From IMG/VR virus record IMGVR_UViG_3300045988_047176: DNA of 41,736 nucleotides; one strand, 5' to 3'. The notes beneath the pieces are model-generated. The model ran no database searches. It worked only from the letters and a program-made list of their open reading frames with translations, and was not told the DNA's origin. Of the stretch, positions 15,189-20,946 are shown in pieces (position 1 is the stretch's first letter; every line of letters starts with the position of its first letter). Source of the DNA: a virus. A program made the position numbers and the translations under genes.

Positions 15189-15796
15189 TGTTCATCTCCT
15201 CCCTTATCTGGCGACAATGTATACTTTTTTGCATAGCGCAAATACATCATCAAAATAGCGGCAAAAATGCCGATACCGGCGGCAAGAAGCAAAAAGACGA
15301 TCCATGCGAATATGCTGGCCTCTCCACCCTGAATAAGCCCCTGGTGGGGGATACGGTAGTCAAAAAAGATATATCCCACGATAACAGCCATAAATATGGC
15401 GCACAAAAACGTAAGGCCATAAATAGCAAATTTTGTGTCTCGCGATTTCTTGCGGTGGTAGTTAATGGTTTTTGCCATCTGCTCCATGCTTCCCTCAAGA
15501 TGGGCTATTTGCACATCGGCATCATGCAGCTGCTTTTGGTGCTTTAACTGTTCATTGGCTTTCGTCAATTGATCTTCCGTTGTCACTTCTTTTTCGATCC
15601 CGAAATATTCATCCATTGAAACGCCAAGCGCGGCACAAATTAAACCCATTTTGTACACGCTCGGCTCCTTTGATGACGCGGAGAAAAAATTGCTTATGGT
15701 TGATGCTGAAATGTCCGTCATGTCGGACAAATCTTGTATAGTTAAATTCTGTCGGTCTTTTGCATCCCTGCACAAATCCTGCAACGATTTTACCAT
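15185..15796 (-). CDS. Membrane-tethered XRE-family HTH protein (candidate repressor or immunity factor)
   Basis: 203 aa. The N-terminal HTH is LTIQDLSDMTDISASTISNFFS, followed by a coiled coil and two C-terminal TM helices (FAIYGLTFLCAIFMAVIVGYIFF; IFAWIVFLLLAAGIGIFAAILMMYL). The stop overlaps the integrase ATG (ATGA). Confidence 0.7.
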   Translation of the reverse strand: MVKSLQDLCRDAKDRQNLTIQDLSDMTDISASTISNFFSASSKEPSVYKMGLICAALGVSMDEYFGIEKEVTTEDQLTKANEQLKHQKQLHDADVQIAHLEGSMEQMAKTINYHRKKSRDTKFAIYGLTFLCAIFMAVIVGYIFFDYRIPHQGLIQGGEASIFAWIVFLLLAAGIGIFAAILMMYLRYAKKYTLSPDKGGDEQ

Positions 15797-15941
15797 TTTC
15801 CCCTTTTACTCCTTTTTCGGGCAGGGAAATCCTAATTCTGTTTTGCCGCAAACGGTAATTATCCGAATTGGGTATTGCCCTGCCAAACCCTGATTTGTTA
15901 ATGTGGACGTGCAGCCGGAAAGCCGAAAGGCCACCGGCGAG

Positions 15942-15980
15942 AATAGCCCCGCTGTCCGTTGCGGGAGCAGCGGGGCTATT
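15942..15980. repeat. 12-bp perfect inverted repeat (hairpin) in the lysogeny-module intergenic region
   Basis: AATAGCCCCGCT ... AGCGGGGCTATT with a 15-nt loop. There is no clear U-tract on either strand. Confidence 0.5.
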
Positions 15981-16029
15981 TAATAAAGACACACATATAA
16001 ACACTTCCCCTCGAAAAAATTTACAAAAG

Positions 16030-16049
16030 GTTGCACGCTGGCGTGCAAC
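16030..16049. promoter_or_regulatory. 20-bp palindrome, candidate operator
   Basis: GTTGCACG-CTGG-CGTGCAAC lies upstream of the small + strand ORFs. A GTGCAACT half-site recurs at 18124-18131 in the immunity switch region. Confidence 0.35.
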
Positions 16050-16132
16050 TATTACCTTGAGCAAAACAATAATAAAGTACAAAAATATTGCACAGATTAG
16101 GAAAAAATGTCAAATTAAGAAAGGGGAAAGAA

Positions 16133-16300
16133 ATGGGTTCTTGTGCAAAGGCAAACGTGTGTGGTATAATGAACACAGGTTTATTGGGGGAATGCGACAT
16201 TGAAACGCTGCGTAGAATAGCGCTTGAAAAAATCAGCCAGCTTTCCGATGAGGACTGCGCTGATATTATGTTTAATCTAAAAGAAAGAGGTGTGCTATGA
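16133..16300 (+). CDS. Hypothetical small protein (55 aa)
   Basis: ATG follows an AAAGGGGAAAG RBS. The stop overlaps the next ATG. Confidence 0.45.
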   Translation: MGSCAKANVCGIMNTGLLGECDIETLRRIALEKISQLSDEDCADIMFNLKERGVL

Positions 16301-16491
16301 GCAAGGACTACGAGATTTACATTGATAGGCTGGCAGAAAACAGTATTATCATAAAAGGCCAAATCAACGACGTTGTATTTGGCTTAAAGGGAATCACAGA
16401 CAAACTTGACACGCTGATCGCGCTCAAGCAAGTTGAATTATCACTCCTGCAACAGCAGCGATTGCCGCAACAGCCGAAAGAACAGTTGTAA
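16297..16491 (+). CDS. Hypothetical small protein (64 aa)
   Basis: The start is translationally coupled (ATGA). The 3' 68 nt overlap the convergent minus-strand ORF. The C-terminal LLQQQRLPQQPKEQL may simply be the antisense shadow of an Ala/Val-rich TM segment. Confidence 0.4.
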   Translation: MSKDYEIYIDRLAENSIIIKGQINDVVFGLKGITDKLDTLIALKQVELSLLQQQRLPQQPKEQL

Positions 16492-16615
16492 TAATAAACC
16501 GCGTTTTTTCGCGGCGTTCCTTGTCGGCTTTTTCTTTGCGTTCCTGTTCCTTGTCTTTCCGTTCCGCTTCCGTTCGCAGCCAGTCTTGCGGATCGGTAGG
16601 ATATAGTGTAGGCAT
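16424..16615 (-). CDS. Small tail-anchored membrane protein (63 aa)
   Basis: The ATG overlaps the stop of the upstream gene (TAATG). The Lys/Glu-rich N-terminus (RKDKEQERKEKADKERREK) is followed by a C-terminal TM segment (FIITTVLSAVAAIAAVAGVIIQLA). Confidence 0.55.
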   Translation of the reverse strand: MPTLYPTDPQDWLRTEAERKDKEQERKEKADKERREKTRFIITTVLSAVAAIAAVAGVIIQLA

Positions 16616-17058
16616 TACTCCAGCTCCTGTAGTTTCTTCGTGGCTTCGTTGATAAGAGCCAACAACACCGCACGATCATTCGTAGCTTTAATAAAGTTTG
16701 ATGCAGCTTCTTTTGAGCCCTCGCCCTCTGCGGCGGGGGCTTCTTTTCCGCCCTGCATTTTTTCCATCAGCTCATGCACCAGGGCAATATCTTCCTGGTA
16801 CTGTGCTGTTTCTTTTTCCGTTTCGCCCTTGGTCAACAAAATTTCCTCCGGAGGAGTGTGGAGCAGGAGGCACATTTGGGCGGCTTCTTCAGGGGAAGGT
16901 AAATTTCTGTTCCTTTTCAAGTCAGAAACCCATGAAGTTCTGTTTTCAAAGCCCATGTCCAAGCAAAAAGATGTGTTATTCCCGCGGTATATCTTGTGGC
17001 AATCTATTGCATTTTTTACTTTATTATAATTTGTTTTTACAGTTTTTCTTTTAGGCAT
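16615..17058 (-). CDS. XRE-like HTH protein (candidate CI-type repressor)
   Basis: 147 aa. ...FCLDMGFENRTSWVSDLKRNRNLPSPEEAAQMCLLLHTPPEEILL follows the HTH_3 pattern. The C-terminal half is acidic and helical. It is the second gene of the leftward operon. Confidence 0.55.
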   Translation of the reverse strand: MPKRKTVKTNYNKVKNAIDCHKIYRGNNTSFCLDMGFENRTSWVSDLKRNRNLPSPEEAAQMCLLLHTPPEEILLTKGETEKETAQYQEDIALVHELMEKMQGGKEAPAAEGEGSKEAASNFIKATNDRAVLLALINEATKKLQELE

Positions 17059-17062
17059 AATT

Positions 17063-18079
17063 TTATTTTGAGTTATTTTGTCTGTCTATTTCTATAGCTT
17101 CTTCCAATGATTTTGGAATTTTGTATCCAGCATTTTCTACCAAGCAGACCAATTTTTGATACTTAGGGGAGTTTGCATTTTTCATTCTGGAAAAAGCAGA
17201 TGCAGTTTTTGGGAAATCGTTTGGAAATATTGGTTTAAACCAGTAATAAATAATATGGTTCAAGTCTGCTGGGCGCTTCAAAATTTTCGCTTTTTGGCGT
17301 ACTTCCAATAATTTTTTATAATTATAAATTTCTTCTGGCGATCTATCGTCTCTAAACGGCCTTCTACTGTAAAGATAATAATTTCGACACTGAAAAGTAG
17401 GCTCGCTTGTGCCTTCCACAAAAGGAAAAACGCCAAGTCCGCATTGAAAACAAAAATCTTTTGGGAATTTTGGAAATTTAAAATTTAATCCAGACAAGCG
17501 ATATATTCGATTTCTGTATTTGGCGCAAATTTCACAACAAGCCCCCAAATCCCCAACTTCAACTAAATGTGTTTTTAAGTATTCGCAAGACTCAAGGGTT
17601 CTTTTAAATGCTATTTTTCCATAATCGTCTGGATCATCTGTGTATTTTTTTATCCAATTTTCCCATTCTTCTGCTTTTGTAAAACGACCAAGTTCAATAT
17701 TCCAATTTACAATTCGATAATAATCTTTTCTTTGCCAGCTAATAGTTGAATAAAGCATTAACTGGCACGCCTTTCCAAGACAAATCATAGAAAGATCATA
17801 ATTTCCCTCGTTCCACAAAATTCCAGCGTGCATACGCAAGACATAATCCAAGTAACCAGTAACACCTAAATTTTGGGCATTTTTGTTTTCGTGCGTATAA
17901 GTATACTTGGGAACTTCTATTGAATATATAGAATTTCGGTCTGTTAAATCATAGGCAACTCCATCAGAAACAATCGAAGTTGCTTTGTTTATAAGCTCTC
18001 TGGCATCATAATATGATACTCCTGGCTCCGGCAGCATTTTAACTACTTGGCCGTTTTCATAATACACTGTAACGCCCAT
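17063..18079 (-). CDS. Unknown 338-aa protein with a Cys cluster, low GC (candidate prophage-encoded defence or exclusion gene)
   Basis: AAGGTGA RBS. It is the first gene leftward of the immunity switch. By my hand count of sampled lines, GC is roughly one third, against more than half for the structural genes. It contains CCEICAKYRNRIYRLSG...FPKFPKDFCFQCGLGVFPF and no HExxH or HTH motif. Confidence 0.6.
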   Translation of the reverse strand: MGVTVYYENGQVVKMLPEPGVSYYDARELINKATSIVSDGVAYDLTDRNSIYSIEVPKYTYTHENKNAQNLGVTGYLDYVLRMHAGILWNEGNYDLSMICLGKACQLMLYSTISWQRKDYYRIVNWNIELGRFTKAEEWENWIKKYTDDPDDYGKIAFKRTLESCEYLKTHLVEVGDLGACCEICAKYRNRIYRLSGLNFKFPKFPKDFCFQCGLGVFPFVEGTSEPTFQCRNYYLYSRRPFRDDRSPEEIYNYKKLLEVRQKAKILKRPADLNHIIYYWFKPIFPNDFPKTASAFSRMKNANSPKYQKLVCLVENAGYKIPKSLEEAIEIDRQNNSK

Positions 18080-18135
18080 AATAAATCACCTTGTCAAAAT
18101 GTACAAAAAAAAGGTAAATATTTGTGCAACTGTAC

Positions 18136-18152
18136 GCCAGAAAATTTCCGGC
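18136..18152. promoter_or_regulatory. Operator O1 (17-bp imperfect palindrome)
   Basis: GCCAGAA-AAT-TTCCGGC has one arm mismatch relative to O2. Its centre is 30 bp from the centre of O2. Confidence 0.55.
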
Positions 18153-18159
18153 AATAACC

Positions 18160-18188
18160 TTGACAGCCGGAAAAATTCCGGCTATAAT
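18160..18188 (+). promoter_or_regulatory. Rightward early promoter with consensus sigma-70 elements
   Basis: TTGACA (18160-18165), a 17-nt spacer, then TATAAT (18183-18188). Both hexamers are consensus. It faces the cro-like gene. Confidence 0.8.
18166..18182. promoter_or_regulatory. Operator O2, filling the promoter spacer exactly
   Basis: GCCGGAA-AAA-TTCCGGC has perfect 7-bp arms and occupies all 17 nt between the -35 and -10 elements. Confidence 0.65.
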
Positions 18189-18352
18189 GACATCAAGGGC
18201 TTAAACAAGGCAACAAAAAACCACACCCCCATCGCGCTCCATCGCTTTGCGGGATTATAACCGATATTTTGTTGGCTGTCACCTACATAATAACGGGTGG
18301 TTAAGCGTTTGTCAAGTTAAAGTTCTTAATATTGATAAGGAGGGATAAACGC

Positions 18353-18550
18353 TTGACGTTAAAGGAACTCAGGCTTGCGGCTGGATTGCAGCAAGCCGAT
18401 GTCGCAAAGAAACTGAACGTCACTATTACGGCGGTTTCAAATTGGGAACTTGGCAAGAACGCAATTTTGCGGAAGTACCACAAGAAGCTGGCGAAGCTGT
18501 ATGGCGTGAAGGTGGAGGAGCTGATGGGGACGATGATGGAGGGTCAATGA
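18353..18550 (+). CDS. Cro-like XRE-family HTH regulator
   Basis: TTG at 18353 lies 8 nt after an AAGGAGGG RBS (the track's TTG at 18332 lies upstream of the RBS). LTLKELRLAAGLQQADVAKKLNVTITAVSNWELGKN is a classic HTH_3 motif. Confidence 0.75.
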   Translation: MTLKELRLAAGLQQADVAKKLNVTITAVSNWELGKNAILRKYHKKLAKLYGVKVEELMGTMMEGQ

Positions 18551-18990
18551 TTTTTGCTACATGGCGGCAGGGTTGCCGGTATGTGGCCGACGCGCAAAAG
18601 GTCTATGAAGAAATAACGGCCATCGGCGCAGCGGCCACAACAAAGCAGATTTTGGACAAGGCACGAGATGAAAACACTGAGCTTCACAAGTGCTTTGACT
18701 GGAACGACACGGAAGCTGCTGAAAAGTGGCGGATGCATCAGGCGCGAAATATCGCTTGCAGCCTTGTCATTAAGGAGACCAAAAGTGAAAGTAGCCCGCC
18801 GGTGCGGTTGTTTTACCAAACAGACAGCGAAAGCGGGTATAAGCCGACGGTTCTTATTATGCAAAACAAGGGCGAATATCAGAAGTTGCTTGCCAGGGCG
18901 CTGGCAGAATTGAGAAGTTTTCAAGCCAAGTACAAGACTTTGACGGAGCTTGACGGCGTATTTGATGCCATTGAGCAGCTTGCGGGGTAA
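18547..18990 (+). CDS. Hypothetical early protein (147 aa)
   Basis: The ATG overlaps the cro-like stop (ATGA). It contains ...ELHKCFDWNDTEAAEKWRMHQARNIA..., a motif I recall from phage early proteins but cannot name. Confidence 0.5.
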   Translation: MIFATWRQGCRYVADAQKVYEEITAIGAAATTKQILDKARDENTELHKCFDWNDTEAAEKWRMHQARNIACSLVIKETKSESSPPVRLFYQTDSESGYKPTVLIMQNKGEYQKLLARALAELRSFQAKYKTLTELDGVFDAIEQLAG

Positions 18991-18997
18991 TTTCAAA

Positions 18998-19108
18998 GCG
19001 GTAAGCAGAAACAGGGGCGCGTAGCTCCAAAGGATAGTACAGCACGATACAATGCAACGCACTACACTACACTATAGAACACTACACGCTTCTGTTTCTG
19101 CTTACCGC
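18998..19108. repeat. Long hairpin H1: 17-bp perfect inverted repeat with a 77-nt A+C-rich loop
   Basis: GCGGTAAGCAGAAACAG (18998-19014) pairs with CTGTTTCTGCTTACCGC (19092-19108). The loop contains the motifs CACTACACTACACTATAG and ACACTACAC. Confidence 0.9.
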
Positions 19109-19166
19109 AGACGATAGTACATGTCAGCGCATAACAACAAATTACCCGACAGCACAAAACAACATC

Positions 19167-19280
19167 GTGCGCTTGCTGTGGCTTATGAATGCCACAGAGC
19201 AAAGCAACCGAAAGAACACCACAAAACAAGACACTACACAACAGCACAGGGCACTATAGCATAAGCCACAGCAAGCGCAC
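19167..19280. repeat. Long hairpin H2: 21-bp perfect inverted repeat with a 72-nt A+C-rich, T-poor loop
   Basis: GTGCGCTTGCTGTGGCTTATG (19167-19187) pairs with CATAAGCCACAGCAAGCGCAC (19260-19280). The loop contains ACACTACACAACAGCACAGGGCACTATAG. Confidence 0.9.
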
Positions 19281-19305
19281 GAACAAATTAAGGAGGAAAA
19301 GAAAA

Positions 19306-19941
19306 ATGAAGAAGGAGCGCATTATTGAAGTTCAGCCTGTGAGAATTGAGCAGGCCACCGTTCTGATCGAGGGCGACGGCGACCTTGTGTTAAACAAGAT
19401 GAACGCTCGTACTGTCCGCGAGTTGACCGCTGCCCGCGATGGCAAAAAGACCATCAAGGAAGTTCCCAACATTTGGGAGGACATTATCACAGCCATCCAC
19501 TGGCGGGACGGATACCCCTGCGAGGATACATACCGAGGCATGACCGAGGAAACGCTGCGGGATATGCTGGCGAACAACGCGCCGTGCATTACCGGGTTTG
19601 GGCTGAAAAAGTCCTTCTGTCAGGCAGTCGTGCGAAACGAGATCGACACTTACGCGACGAAGTTTGACAACGCCATGAATGTAACGGCAAGACTGGAACC
19701 TATTAAGTTTGCGGAGCATTTTGTTGACAAAACGCTGATGTCTCCGAAGCGCGGCGCACCTGTGCTGGTGTACATCAATCGGTTTTCCGGGTGGTCATCG
19801 CAAATCCACATTACATACACCGAGAATGTTTACTCTCTCGACCAGATCGTGAACATCATCAATATGGCCGGCTTTGGCTTGGGTATTGGTTCTGGACGCT
19901 CCAGCGGTTATGGAAGATACCACGTTGTCGATGTGAAATAA
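19306..19941 (+). CDS. Hypothetical early protein with a C-terminal Gly-rich loop (211 aa)
   Basis: ATG follows an AAGGAGGAAAAG RBS; the track's upstream extension runs through the hairpin region. The C-terminus reads ...NMAGFGLGIGSGRSSGYGRYHVVDVK. Confidence 0.6.
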   Translation: MKKERIIEVQPVRIEQATVLIEGDGDLVLNKMNARTVRELTAARDGKKTIKEVPNIWEDIITAIHWRDGYPCEDTYRGMTEETLRDMLANNAPCITGFGLKKSFCQAVVRNEIDTYATKFDNAMNVTARLEPIKFAEHFVDKTLMSPKRGAPVLVYINRFSGWSSQIHITYTENVYSLDQIVNIINMAGFGLGIGSGRSSGYGRYHVVDVK

Positions 19942-20049
19942 GAAAAAGCCCCGCCCAGTGGTTGCGGCACTGGACAGGGCGTCTCCGAAACATCTACCAA
20001 AATGTTCTGCGGATAGTATACCACGACCGCAGAGGAAAGGCAAGAGATT

Positions 20050-20145
20050 ATGACATGTGCTGAAATTGCCGTGATGTTATGGGCACGGCAGAACGAAATG
20101 GACATTATCGAGGTCGAGTACATTCGACAGGAGGAAACGACATGA
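20050..20145 (+). CDS. Possible micro-ORF (31 aa)
   Basis: The start is preceded by GAGGAAAGG, and the stop overlaps the next ATG (ATGA). Support is weak. Confidence 0.3.
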   Translation: MTCAEIAVMLWARQNEMDIIEVEYIRQEETT

Positions 20146-20231
20146 GTTGGTTTGCATGGGCGCTGGCGGTTATCGGCGCGGCGTGGCTGAGCTGGGCTAT
20201 CGTCAAGGGCGTGGAGGCGCTGGGGAGATGA
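20142..20231 (+). CDS. Possible 29-aa membrane peptide (MSWFAWALAVIGAAWLSWAIVKGVEALGR)
   Basis: An AGGAGGA RBS lies 5 nt upstream. The peptide has a hydrophobic helix, and its stop overlaps the next ATG (ATGA). Confidence 0.45.
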   Translation: MSWFAWALAVIGAAWLSWAIVKGVEALGR

Positions 20232-20728
20232 GGGAGAGGAACAGGCGGGCGCGGGAATACTCCCGCCGCTGCCGGCTTCTCCGCTGGCGCAGGCGGCTGT
20301 GGGCGGTGGCGATCATCCTATGGATGGCGCTGGCGGCGGCGATCAGCTGGACAATGACCCGCCCCGCGCCGCAGGAAGCGCCGCCGGTGCTGTCCCCGGC
20401 CACAGCGGAAGTTTTTGCCCCGCCGCACGAACCCTCCGAAACGCTGCTGATCTGCGACATCACCGGCTATTGTGCTTGCTGTACGCCCTATGCCCACATG
20501 AACCAGCGGGACGGCAAGGTGCTGACGGCATCCGGGCGTTGGGTGAACATCGGCGAGGCGGTGGCGGTAGACCCGGACGTTATCCCGCTGGGCAGCACCG
20601 TGACGCTGGGCGGCAAGACTTACATCGCAGCCGATACCGGGGTGTACGGCTACACGGTGGACGTGCTTATGAGCCACGAGGACGCAGCGCAGGCCGGTGT
20701 TGTGAAAGCGCTGGTGAAGTGGGGGTGA
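20228..20728 (+). CDS. Membrane-anchored 3D-domain protein (MltA/YuiC-like peptidoglycan-lytic fold)
   Basis: It has an Arg-rich N-terminus and a TM segment (LWAVAIILWMALAAAISW). ITGYCACC...GKVLTASG...GEAVAVDPDVIPLGSTV...YIAADTG...VDVLM matches the 3D (Asp-Asp-Asp) domain pattern. The start could instead be TTG at 20147. Confidence 0.65.
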   Translation: MRERNRRAREYSRRCRLLRWRRRLWAVAIILWMALAAAISWTMTRPAPQEAPPVLSPATAEVFAPPHEPSETLLICDITGYCACCTPYAHMNQRDGKVLTASGRWVNIGEAVAVDPDVIPLGSTVTLGGKTYIAADTGVYGYTVDVLMSHEDAAQAGVVKALVKWG

Positions 20729-20946
20729 TCGGGCTGGTGAACCGGACGGCTCCGCCCTGCAAGGGCTGCCAGCGCAGACACGCGATGTGCCACGGGGAGT
20801 GCGAGGACTACAAAGCGTTCCGGCGGGCCGTACAGGCCGACAAGGCGAAACGCTACGCATCGTACAGCGAGGCTGATTTTTACAGCATGAACAGCGCAAG
20901 ACGAGAGAGCGCCAAAAAGGCGATAAGAAAGAGGGATGGAAGATGA
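20725..20946 (+). CDS. Small Cys-rich (zinc-finger-like) protein
   Basis: The GTG start overlaps the upstream stop (GTGA). 73 aa with PPCKGCQRRHAMCHGECEDY. The longer track ORF starting at 20299 lies out of frame inside the 3D-domain gene (20228..20728). Confidence 0.5.
   Translation: MIGLVNRTAPPCKGCQRRHAMCHGECEDYKAFRRAVQADKAKRYASYSEADFYSMNSARRESAKKAIRKRDGR

Noticed and set aside
15911-15930. Recurrence of CCGGAAA(G) strings (15914, the 18166 operator, and the leaders of the lysis genes) as one shared regulator-binding motif.
   Set aside because: The lysis-gene copies coincide with the Shine-Dalgarno region and are not palindromic, and the 15914 copy is not a dyad. The similarity may be coincidental, so I have noted it only under the lysis-cassette finding.
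18301-18483. A 60-aa minus-strand ORF antisense to the cro-like gene.
   Set aside because: It overlaps a strongly supported HTH gene and its RBS and has no signals of its own.
19062-19247. A 61-aa minus-strand ORF, and the + strand extension from 19189 upstream of the ATG at 19306.
   Set aside because: Both are by-products of the extreme A+C/G+T strand bias. The Cys/Val/Leu-rich or Thr/His/Lys/Asn-rich products lack an RBS, whereas the ATG at 19306 has a strong AAGGAGG.
20299-20724. The upstream part of ORF 20299-20946 (215 aa).
   Set aside because: It lies in an alternative frame inside the 3D-domain gene and has a Gly/Arg/Ala/Pro-rich composition. Only the last 73 codons, starting at the GTGA-coupled GTG at 20725, look genuine.
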